From Giardia intestinalis (lineage: Eukaryota): a DNA stretch of 64,000 nt. The notes beneath the pieces are model-generated. The model made no database searches. It was given only the letters and a program-made list of their open reading frames with translations, and was not told where the DNA came from. Every line of letters begins with the position of its first letter. Position 1 is the first letter of the stretch. The stretch lies in assembly GCA_000002435.2 (NCBI GenBank), contig CM018791.1, one strand, 5' to 3'. The translations under genes were made by a program, and so were the position numbers. Shown here piece after piece: positions 11,237-21,800 of the stretch.

Positions 11237-12202
11237 TCAGTACTCAAAAGGCTCATTATAGACGTTAGGGTCATGAGAATATTCTTCCAACCTCCTAAGT
11301 TTTTCCTCCATTTCTTCCAATTTTTTCTTTAGTGTTCTGATTTCGAGCATGCTTGATATGGAAGAAAATTCATCCTGGGGCTTCAAGACCTGCATAAGCA
11401 TGCTTGCTGTAAGGCGTTCCTTAGGGTTTAGTACCAAGATATGCTCCAGGATACTCCTAATGGTCACGTCCTTGATAGCAGAAAGATTCGGGGTCCAGCC
11501 CGCGACGTATACGGTCCTTGGTTGCTTAGCTTCAAGAAGGAAAGGGGTTTTCAGCTTTGAAGAGAGCTCATAGAGCACAATCCCGAGGCTCCACATGTCG
11601 GCAGCCGGAGTTAGCTTGTCCCCAAGCAGAACCTCTGGTGCAATGCAGTACATCAACGCAGTCGTTGCGTTCTGATCTCCAAAGCCCAAGTCAGTCAGGA
11701 CAAACTTTGTTTCTTCCTTGTTGACCAAGATGTTGGCGAGCTTAACATCGCCGTGAACAATCTCTTGTCGTTTATCCTCGTTATGGGCGTCCGCGGAATT
11801 GTGAAGATACTCTAAGGCGCTCCCTATTTGCTTTGCCACGTCTATGACTTGAGCAGTGGAAAAGCTTCTGTTGGTACGCTTATATGCTCTAACGGTACTT
11901 TCTAGAGAGCAAGCATAGCGTGCCATTGTCATATAAATAGCATTATTAGATTTATAGATACCCTCATATCTGATAAGGTTGGGGTGAGACAACTCCGTAA
12001 GAGTGATAATACCCTTTTCAAGAGCCGCAACGGAGTGTTCCGAAAGGTCAAGAGTGCTGATTTCCTTGACGACTTTGTCCTGCTCTCCATCAATAGAGTG
12101 AACAGTCCCGTAAAGGCCTTGACCCAGCTCCTGGCCCAATCTGCTTATTAACGCATTAACTGCCGCAGGATCCGTTACGATTTCCTTGGCCTTGCAATTC
12201 AT
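11237..12202 (-). CDS. NEK family kinase, 321 aa, with a C-terminal coiled coil
   Basis: Motifs present: GQGLYGTV, VVKEIS, HGDVKLANILVN, DLGFGD, APEVL and DMWSLGIVLYEL. The tail is …RTLKKKLEEMEEKLRRLEE. ATG at 12200-12202. Confidence 0.8.
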   Translation of the reverse strand: MNCKAKEIVTDPAAVNALISRLGQELGQGLYGTVHSIDGEQDKVVKEISTLDLSEHSVAALEKGIITLTELSHPNLIRYEGIYKSNNAIYMTMARYACSLESTVRAYKRTNRSFSTAQVIDVAKQIGSALEYLHNSADAHNEDKRQEIVHGDVKLANILVNKEETKFVLTDLGFGDQNATTALMYCIAPEVLLGDKLTPAADMWSLGIVLYELSSKLKTPFLLEAKQPRTVYVAGWTPNLSAIKDVTIRSILEHILVLNPKERLTASMLMQVLKPQDEFSSISSMLEIRTLKKKLEEMEEKLRRLEEYSHDPNVYNEPFEY

Positions 12203-12416
12203 GACTTTAACTTTTTTAGCGCGATTGGGTTCTCAGTCAATCTACTTGACTATTAATTGTAGCGTGTAATGAAATTAAAATATAAACTAAAAATGATTCC
12301 ATTATTTATAGGCTTATATGTATACAAGGTCCCGCATTTGGTTCTGTTGGATTCACTTTAAAACATGCACCCCACACTATATATCTTTAGATAGATAGTT
12401 ATTTACTCTTATGTAC

Positions 12417-15029
12417 TTACTTTGTTGCCTTTTCCGTTATTCGCTTCGGTATATCCTTCACACTCATTGCAAGGCTTTCTGGTGTGAAAGTAACGTGGTG
12501 CTGCTTTATTCGGGCTATGTCACGGAGTCTTTCCCATTTCGAGTCTTCTGTTGTAACCCGAAATGTAAGGCCTGACTGAGCGTTTAGGTAAGTTAGTAAA
12601 GTGTGGGAGAGGTTGTGCATACCACTTCCACCTCCTATAAACACTACTTCAATTGGTGCCTGGGGAAGATCAGAAACACGCTCCTGATCTTCCTGAGGCT
12701 CACTAGATGGGCCGCATGGCAACTTGTTCCACTGGGCCAAAACATTACTTTCTGCGGAAAATATACCGGAGCCCTGTGTCTGTGTGATGTAGCTGTTAGT
12801 TTCCCTGGCTACAGATAGCACTAGGTCTCCAATTCCGGAGACGCTAGAGCCCATTAACCGTGGATAGAAAAGCATCTGGGACGGAAAGATATGCTCATTG
12901 AATAGGAAAAGGCATACGCGCAGAGTTTTAGGGTCATCGGCCTCAAGAAAGCTGCTTAATGAGAGGTTGTTGAGGTACGCTTCTTTAAAGTACCCTGGAA
13001 CGCACTTCTTGTAAGTTATTGTAGGATGGGAGATATAAGGCCATATGATCGATGCATTTCTGTCAAAGTCTTGCACACTAACACCTAATTCTGCTAGCTT
13101 AAAAATTACCATATCCACCGCTTCGGTTGAATTAAGTAAGTATGTGTGTAGCTGGCGGATGACCTTTGCAGAAGATAGCTTCTCCATTGACGTGAAGCCG
13201 CTGAATTCTATTGCAGTGTCTACAAGCAAGTCTATATTTTTTCTTGTGCAGAAATTATTGTAATTGTACCGATCGGTTTGGAATTGAGCCTTCAATCGTG
13301 CATACAGCCGTGTTAAAATGGTAACAGCCTGGCTACGATCTAAAACGTTTCGATACACGTCCTTTGATGTCTCCGCAGAAGTTCGTACGGTGCTAGTGGA
13401 TGGAATACGCTTTATTTCTGGCTCATCATGCTCTGACTTGAGAGCGTTGTTAGATGGAAGAGTAAGTGGCTCCATGGAGATCAGCATGTCTGTGCTGCTA
13501 GTTACTATGTCATCTGTTTCTTCTTCTGCCTGTGCTTCTATTACCTCGTCACTCTCGTTTTCTTCCTCTACTATTGAACTATCGCCCTCAGGCTGATCAG
13601 AGTAGTCAGTATCAGAGCCAGCACGATCAACTTTATTCAGCTTAAATGCATCAGATCTATTCTTCTTTCTGTGGTTAGTCAACGGATTGCTCTCTGATGA
13701 ATTAGGTGTCTCCTGTTCATTACCGTGTACTCTGCTGGCACGCAGTCGTGCACGTTCCCTATTTGCCCAGACATTTCTTATGGAACTTCGCGAAATGCGT
13801 GCATTGATTAGTCCGAGCGTAGTGCTTCTGGCTTGCTTCTCTTCAGGGACTTCGGCCCCGTAAGAACAAGTATCTTGAAGTGCATTCAATTCGGCGATGC
13901 TTCCATGGAGCAGTCGAGCTGCTTCATGATCGCGTACCCCGTGGATAAGCTTAGTAAGGGTAGTGCGGCGGGCTTTTACAATAAAGCTTTGCCGTGCTTG
14001 AAGAAGCTCATTCTGCCGCGCTCCCTCAAAAAGCTCAATTAACAGTATTCCCGTGTGGATCATATTAGAGTGTCCCTTGGGATGAACATACGCTTCAGGG
14101 AACTTTGCTGAAAGAGACTCCATAACCTGCAGATAGCAGTTATATGCATCCATGGACATAGACAGATCAGAGTACCGTGTCTCCTGATAGAAAAGGGACT
14201 CCTTGTGCTGCTTGCACTTATTAAAGTGGTGGAGCATCTCTGCACACAGTTCATGATAAGTGTCTATTGAAAGAGCCACGCAGATGTGTGAGAGGACATA
14301 CTCTATAAACGTATTAGTAAACAAATGAGTGAATAGAGGGTAATGAATGTTTAGAAACTTGAGCAGCCAGAGTTGCACTGCTTGCATGCCGACAGGCAGC
14401 ACCTTAATAAGATGAGCGCTAGGAATGGAAAAGGTCTGCCTGGTTGTAGAGTAGAAGAGCGGATAGGCAGTAGTGCAACTATACCCTAGGTGAAGAACTA
14501 TCTGGAAGGGGTTCTTCGAGGAAAAGTAGAGCTCAGAAGGGGCAAATGAGACAGAAGTGGCTCCAAAATAGTGTAAGAAGATATCCGCTAGGATTATCAG
14601 TGAAAGCCGTGGGGTGCAGTAGGGAACAGTCACAAAAACAGGTATGCCTAGTACCTTCCGTGTCTCCTGAGCATCACTAGGAACCTGGGGCAAGGCAAAG
14701 GAAAACATATACTCCAGTATGTTCTGAACCAGTTCATAGTGAAGAAGCAGTCCACCCTTCCACTGCCCTTGCTCTTTTCCTCCATAAACGAACGGTGATC
14801 GAAAAGTCCTTCTCACAAAGTCTGCCTCTGTCATTTCGTTTCCCATCCTAAAGCATGAGTTCTTATTACGCGACTTGCTGACAGCAGTCCTCATTACATA
14901 GCGAGGCTCATCCTCCCCTAGAAATCCCAGCTGTATGGAGTGTGTCCCTAGATCGACTAAAAGCGTGTCGCTCTCAGGAATTGGGGATCCAGCGTACTTT
15001 CCACTAAAGGCAAAACGGCTTTGATCCAT
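12417..15029 (-). CDS. Actin-related protein, 870 aa: actin fold with very large insertions. It could be an Arp5/Arp8-like chromatin-remodeller subunit or a Giardia-specific Arp.
   Basis: The N-terminus LLVDLGTHSIQLGFLGEDEPRYVMRTAV aligns to actin [24 protein letters not shown]. The C-terminus VVFIGGGSGMHNLSHTLLTYL aligns to actin LSGGTTMYPGIADRMQKEI. An acidic insert of about 450 aa lies between them. Confidence 0.65.
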   Translation of the reverse strand: MDQSRFAFSGKYAGSPIPESDTLLVDLGTHSIQLGFLGEDEPRYVMRTAVSKSRNKNSCFRMGNEMTEADFVRRTFRSPFVYGGKEQGQWKGGLLLHYELVQNILEYMFSFALPQVPSDAQETRKVLGIPVFVTVPYCTPRLSLIILADIFLHYFGATSVSFAPSELYFSSKNPFQIVLHLGYSCTTAYPLFYSTTRQTFSIPSAHLIKVLPVGMQAVQLWLLKFLNIHYPLFTHLFTNTFIEYVLSHICVALSIDTYHELCAEMLHHFNKCKQHKESLFYQETRYSDLSMSMDAYNCYLQVMESLSAKFPEAYVHPKGHSNMIHTGILLIELFEGARQNELLQARQSFIVKARRTTLTKLIHGVRDHEAARLLHGSIAELNALQDTCSYGAEVPEEKQARSTTLGLINARISRSSIRNVWANRERARLRASRVHGNEQETPNSSESNPLTNHRKKNRSDAFKLNKVDRAGSDTDYSDQPEGDSSIVEEENESDEVIEAQAEEETDDIVTSSTDMLISMEPLTLPSNNALKSEHDEPEIKRIPSTSTVRTSAETSKDVYRNVLDRSQAVTILTRLYARLKAQFQTDRYNYNNFCTRKNIDLLVDTAIEFSGFTSMEKLSSAKVIRQLHTYLLNSTEAVDMVIFKLAELGVSVQDFDRNASIIWPYISHPTITYKKCVPGYFKEAYLNNLSLSSFLEADDPKTLRVCLFLFNEHIFPSQMLFYPRLMGSSVSGIGDLVLSVARETNSYITQTQGSGIFSAESNVLAQWNKLPCGPSSEPQEDQERVSDLPQAPIEVVFIGGGSGMHNLSHTLLTYLNAQSGLTFRVTTEDSKWERLRDIARIKQHHVTFTPESLAMSVKDIPKRITEKATK

Positions 15030-15290
15030 GGAGTCAGAAAGACTGGAGAGAAAGAGCCCTGGGGAGAAATTTTAAACGCGGACACCCCATCATCGGGAAT
15101 ATATTCACACTAGCATTGAAACTCTCTACCAGATAAGATGCACAATAACTGGCGACGTGCTAAGAGACTAAGGCCCGAGGGCCTCTACGATACACATACC
15201 GGAGAAGCTTGTCTTTCTTTCAGAATAGAAAAAGAGTCGATAATTATAACAATGGACGCAAGTGTGCATAGAACACACCCAGTCTCAGCC

Positions 15291-15755
15291 TCAAAGCTTG
15301 TACATGGCACTGATACGATCAAACAGAGACGTGGACTCTGTGTTTTCAATATATTCGCTTTCTGATGGGGCGGCTGAATCATCTTCGCAGAGTAGCTTGT
15401 CATTAGTTGTGCTGGAATGTGCATTTTTAGGCGTTGCAGCAGCATAGGGCACTGAGTCTGTGTCCGCCGACAATTGACTCTCTGTAAATGCCCGAGGCTG
15501 AATGGTCTGAGAGCTGCTAAAATCTCGAGGAAGCTTCTTAGTCACAGAGTATGGCTGCCGATTCAAGATTGGATTCTGTGATTTGTTTATTACCGATAAG
15601 TGTCTACTGCCAGCTTGGCTCGTTGTGAGTCTGCCGGGTCCAGGGCTTTTTGTCCGCTGCCTGGTAAGGATGGATGTTGAAATAGAGGGCTGTGAATCTG
15701 TCGATGCGAGGGAAACCGGTTTTTGTGGTAAATTGAGAAGTTCGGGAAGAGGCAT
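15291..15755 (-). CDS. S/P-rich ORF. It is either a small independent gene (ATG at 15753-15755) or a frameshifted C-terminal continuation of the upstream giant kinase-like gene.
   Basis: An open frame of 191 codons (15291-15866) fills an otherwise 790-bp gap between two genes. It overlaps the giant gene's last 44 nt in another frame. The track start is a GTG. Confidence 0.25.
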   Translation of the reverse strand: MPLPELLNLPQKPVSLASTDSQPSISTSILTRQRTKSPGPGRLTTSQAGSRHLSVINKSQNPILNRQPYSVTKKLPRDFSSSQTIQPRAFTESQLSADTDSVPYAAATPKNAHSSTTNDKLLCEDDSAAPSESEYIENTESTSLFDRISAMYKL

Positions 15756-15822
15756 TTTGTATTTACTTGTGGGTGGACTTGTGGGTGGCCTGCTGTATCT
15801 GCCAGGTGCATAAGGCTGCAAC

Positions 15823-18800
15823 TCATAGGGACGGCCGGATTCCGGCGACACTAATGCCACTCTCACTTTCTTCTGTCCTTTCGACCCGGTATGCTTTTAT
15901 CTCGGTGTCCACAGTCTTGGTTAATCCATGGGGCGATTCTTGTGGAAAGGGGAAACCTGCACCACTAATAGATGGCATATTAAGACCACTGTCGCCATCA
16001 TTGCCAACTGTTCCAGTGCCAAGCATGGGGGCATAAACGACAACACCTTCTGGATCATCATCGTTGCTTGTATCGGGAGTTGCCCACAGTGCTTTTATCT
16101 CGGGGACCTGAAGAAGATCCTTTGCTCCAAGTCTTGTCCTTGGCGATGGTAGCAAAAGGAGGTTGATAAACGTAAGTAGCTCTACAGAGTAGACAGTACC
16201 ATCAGCGTCAGTTGACACATTGGAAAGGTCTAGGCCCGTGGGCTGGATAGAGGTCACTCCGGTAAATCCGTGACCAGTCTGCTTCAGCATTGGAAAGTCG
16301 TCAGCCAAAGGCCTGAGTGTGCAAAGCTCGTACAGAACAGATCCTAGAGACCATATATCACACTTCTCATCATACCCGTCGGTGGCTGGGCTCTGGTCTT
16401 GGTCAGTGCTCTGCATAGCAAGAACTTCTGGAGCCATGTACCCGATGGTTCCTGCTGATGCGTATATCCGATCCTTTATTGTGCCATGTCGTGCTCCAGG
16501 CGATGATATAGTCTTTGCCAGGCAGAAGTCGAAGATGTGCACCTTTCCATCTTTTGTTAGAAATAGTGCTTCGGGACGGATGTTTCTATGAACTACCTTA
16601 AGCCCAGTAAGCTCTGCTTTTTCAGTAGAGTGGAGATACTCCAAACCCTTCAGGGTTTCACATGCAATGCCCCATATGGTAGCCTCTGGTACAGGCGCTC
16701 CTTTCTCCAAGTAGCGTGTTATGAGCGATGCAACGTTCCCAAAAACGAAGAACTCAGTAATGATATATGCAGAGTACTGGTCTCCGTCGTAGAAGTAGTC
16801 TAGTAAAGGCGCGATGTTCTCGTGCATTACCTTCCTTAAAATGGTAGTTTCAGAGTCCAGTAGCTGAACGACATATGCGTCGATTGACGTGAACCTTGTC
16901 TCCTTGCAGGTGAGTATATGTCCATTTAACAAGTTCTTTATCTTGTATAGTTTGGAAATATTCATGTCGCAGAGAAAGTCCAAGATTTCATAGTCATCTC
17001 TTAGACGCCTCTTGGGCATCTTAGAGTTGAGGAGCCGCATGTTTTGCAGGGTGTCTGATGCTGCAGTCATAGCTGCCAGCAGGGTAACCTTAGTCTGTTC
17101 TTTGAGCATAACAGATATAAGAGTATTCAAGGCAGGAGTATAGTTTCGTGGTGCAGCCCATATATCATGCTTGAAATTAATATCAATACAGGAGACATCA
17201 TAGCAAGCCATGTCTGCATTGAAAAATGTGGCGTAAACTTGCTTTAGTGTGGCCATTTCGTACAAAACAGCCCCCACCGACCAAGTGTCCTGCAGAAGGG
17301 CATCATATGTCTGTCTGTAGCCATACTTGGTGCGAAGAGCATCCTGGGACATGTACATATCATCTGTAGAGAGTATTGCTGTCTGACTATTGAGCTCCTG
17401 CGACCCAGTTGGGTCTCCCAAATAGACACAGCACGTGAAGTCACATAGTTTCAGCGTTCCAATCCTAATTTCAGAGTCGTCTGTAAAACAAAACCTGAGA
17501 TTGTTAGGGGAGATTGCTAGGTTAGCAAAGGTACCAACTTGACCCTGTGAGTTCTTGAACTCCTGTATGTAAGAGAGCGCTGCAAGAAGTTCTTCAGCAC
17601 ACTTCCATATGCTGTACTCTTCTACTGGCTTATTTGCATCTGAGTATAACAGTAAGACATCAGCCAAGGTGAAGTCGGAAAGCCGCTCACTGATAACACA
17701 TAACTTCTTAACCTCTTTGTCGTAGAAGGCGTCTATGAATCTGTGAATATTGGGATGGTTAAAGCTCAGGAGAAGCTGTGTCTCTAGAATGATAGCGTTT
17801 CGAAGCTCTGGAGGCTTTATATTTAGCAAATCAATGTACTGGCATCTAAACAGTTCCTTTGCAGCTATAGATGCATTCAGGGGCCTTACTAAAATTGTGT
17901 CACCATGCAATGTGCTGGATTCTTCGTCAGTCATTATTATATATTTGCTGCGAAGCACCGATGAGCCAAACTTCTTCTTCACGAGCTTTATGAGTTTATC
18001 TTGCTCTTCTTCTTCTTTCGATTGCTCCACTTGTGGCTCTAGATGCTCCAAAGCAGGGGTGCTGGAGTACCGATCTTGCTCCTTTTCTAGTTCCTTTCCG
18101 GCTAGTAGTGAGTTCTCAGTTACACCTACAAGCAGCGTTTGCGTAGAGGGCTCTGTTGAATTAATGTTAGATCGATGAATGACTGAATCTACCAACTCAC
18201 TAGTATCATCACGCAGCGTGAGTTTTCTGCTATCTGCAAAGCTCAGAGAATGCTGAGCTTGAAGAGGTGCATCTTCTTCTATCTTTCCAGAAGCAGACAG
18301 ATCAACTGCGGCTTCGTCTTCATTCAGTTTTTCCTCTACAAGCGACTCTATCTTAGCGAGCTCAGGATTGATTATGCACCGCATAGAGAATAGATCTGCC
18401 AAAGGGTCCGTTGTACCACAAAATAGCATTCGAATAATCTTTGTTACATTGATATGTTCCTTCGTTGCCTTTAGATGATTAAGGTAAATGGGAAGGGAGA
18501 AGTCTATTAGCTCCTCTAGGGGCGTAGTTTGAAGCGTTTGCAGTATAGTACTGGACAACTCTGGTTGTTGACGCAACGATCCTTTCGTGTTCTTGTTGGA
18601 TAAGTAGCTCGATAAAGCGGTGCAGAAAGCTTTATGGGTATAAAGAGTAAAAAGCAATACACCGAGACACCAGAAGTCCAGATTATAATCTATAGTTGCA
18701 TAGGAGTCGACATAGGCATCTCCAAGAATCGCCTTTGTTTGCGCACTAACCGGGAGTCCGAGAGAGTAGAGAGCATGAAAGATGTTCAGCTTAATGCTCC

Positions 18801-21800
18801 CCTTGCTCAGCAGCATGACATTTGATGAAAGCAAACCACCATGGCAGAACTTGAGATTTAAGGGCTTTGGCATGGTTGCAACGTAAAAAGGAACGGGCAT
18901 ATACACTCTTTCCAATGCCTGCATCAGCTGGTCGCAAATGACAAAGAACTGTGCTTGTGAAAGTCCGGTAGATGAAGCCCGCAAAGTGACCAATAGGTCA
19001 TCCACTGTGCCATCATCTGTGGCTTCGGTAATGAGACACATGCATCCTCTTTTCAGGTCATCATACACGTCCACCAAGTTAGCAAGAAACGGGAATTCTA
19101 GCCCGGTTTGCTTCGAACTGGTAGGCCTGGGATGTTCAACGGCCGAAACGGCCTTCTGTTGGTAGAAGAAGAGCGAGGCTCCCAGCAGCAAAAGTTGATG
19201 AATTATGCGCTGATTTTTCGGGACCAGCTTTACCTCTTGACAAAAATACACTGTATCATCAGAATCGGGGTCGTAGTCATAGGAAGGCTGAATCGAGCGG
19301 TTACGTGTAAGGGTTAGAGCAGTTGGAGTGGCTGATTGAGCAGTCCTCCTTACCTTTAGTAAGCTGCAGCCATTGTCTTTATCCTCAGAAATAACTTTCA
19401 AAGTAGAGTACTGGTTTAGATTTCTGCATGGAATGGGAAATGGAAGCACAAAGTTGGAGAGGCCAACAGTCCCAACGGCGCTGAAGATAGAAGAGAATCT
19501 ATGCAGAAGCTGTTGTGCTGTCTGTCTTCTAGAGCTGTCGACTACAAGCATCATTCGAATCATCTCAATTAGCTCTCGAGAGTAGGGAGCTACTGGGACT
19601 TTGAATTGCTTTCCTAGCCGTAGTGCAGAAGCCGCAGACTCGTTCTCCATTAAGTACTGACTGAAGGATATATTGAAGCACATCTCAAAAAGAGTGGCTC
19701 CAGCGGCCCAAATATCGGAGGTCTTTGTGAAGAAGATATCACTTGTTGATTTCCCAGCCAGCACCTCTGGAGCTAAATAAGGTTCATAGTTAGGCAGAAT
19801 GGTTCGCGTGAAATGGTCTCCATAGAGATGCGCCATACTATAGTCAGATAGAATTGCAGAGTAGTCACTTCGTAGACTTGCGTAGTCCGGGGACTCAGGT
19901 TCCGAAGCCTTTCCGCTCGAAATCAGTAATATGTTCGCAGGACTGATGGCTCCATAGATATAATTGTGATCACATGCGTGCTGGATAACAGATAGAAGCA
20001 TACAAGCAACTTTCCAAATAGTTCTTTCCGGTATGTATGCACGCTGCTCTCTGTTGAGCTGCAGAAGAGTAGATAGGGGAAAGTCGTGGGCGTACTCGGT
20101 TATAACGTAGACATAACTATTGTCTATAAAGCTATCGACAGGCTTCTCAAGTAGATCGCAAGACAGAGTCCGCATAGCTGTAATCACTTCGCAAAGCTCT
20201 TGCACAGACAGCGGAAGCAACTTATTCACCGGGAACTCTTTCACCATGAAGTGCTTTGTTTCGTCCTTCTTGAGGGTGACCTTTAAGGAAACAGTGGTAG
20301 ACGTATCTATAGTGCAAGTGGACAGTTGCTGTGTCTGCTGTGCCATAAGCGGGTCGACAGAGGGATGAGGTAACTCAGATGTGGAGGTGGTTTTTGAAAG
20401 GTTCATAACGGACATATCTTCATGAGAAAGTAGGTCCCCATCAGCAGAAAGCAATGTTTCATCCATGAACTGGTCTAAAACCAAGTATCGCCGGTCAAAT
20501 TTCTTCTGCGTTAAGACTAATGGGAAAGGCCCTATATATGGCAAGATAGCCTTGGTAAGATAAGGATATTCCAGCAGAACGTCAGCAGATGGCCTTTCTG
20601 TCGGTAAAACTGTCAGCATCAGCTCCATGAACTTAATAAGCGAGTCGCTCCACTGAATAAAGCCCTCAATAAGTATGCGTATCTGCTTGCTGGAAATAAC
20701 TGTACTTCGATGCTCGTTGTACTCGTCATAGAAGGAGCGTCCATCGCTGCAGAGCTTATAAAGAATGCACCCCAATGCCCAGATATCATTCTTTTCGTTA
20801 AAGCCATCAATTCCAATACTGGGCTGGCCTATAAGGCCAAGCTTTTCTGGAGCAGAGTAGGGTATTGCTCCTGCAAAGGTCGCTGATAGAGAGCCGGCTT
20901 GTTCGTGTTCCTGTGCATGCCCTGTCAGAAGCACTCTTACGCTACCATCCAATCCAATAAAGATGCTATCAGGTGTCAGATTAGTGAGATAGATAGAGCC
21001 CAGACGGAGCCCATTGCTTGAAAAGCTGTGTGCTTTAGCAACAGCGACAAGAACCTGCGCCATAATGGACCAAATCTCCTGCTCAAGAAACGTGTGGTTA
21101 TGTTGAAAGCGTTGCTCACACAGAGAAGAAAGCGACATAGCCGGGTTACAGTCATAGACAAGAATGAGGCCAAGCTGTGGGTCAAAGAAGGTGTCTATCA
21201 CTGGAACAAAGCAATCATCCGTTAACAAGCGAGAAAATTTGATCTGGGAAAGTACATATGGTGATAAATCCCCAGAGATAAAATTCTCTGGGGATATACG
21301 AAGGGCTCGAGCAACAAACCGCTTATCCTCCGGCTGGCTGCGGTTTATCGTCAAGTCTGTGAATTGAAGACTTTGAAATGCTAGTGAATATTCAGTGGCG
21401 CCGGTTACCTCTGTCGATAACAAGACAAACTCTTGAAAGAGAGGGGTGTCGGCGAGCACCGCCTCAAGTGAATATGAAGACGAAAGGCTTCGCTGCTCAA
21501 TGCTAGTGGGCGAGCCGAAGATGCTCTTTTCCAACCACGATAAGCTGATTTTCTTAAGCAACTGTGATGCACCATAGCGCGCTTCGGGATCCTTCACTAG
21601 AAGCAGTCGAACGGTTGTTTCAAGAGTCTTAGAGTAAGGGGTGTAAGAGAAGACAAACTTGTTATCAAATGTGATATTTTTCAGATGTCCATAGCTTGCC
21701 TTGGCTCGATTAAAGTAGCGGGAGTAGAAAGGCAAGTAAGTCATCATTCGGTACATAACACAGCCAAGACTCCACAGATCGCATTTGTTAGTATACGTAT

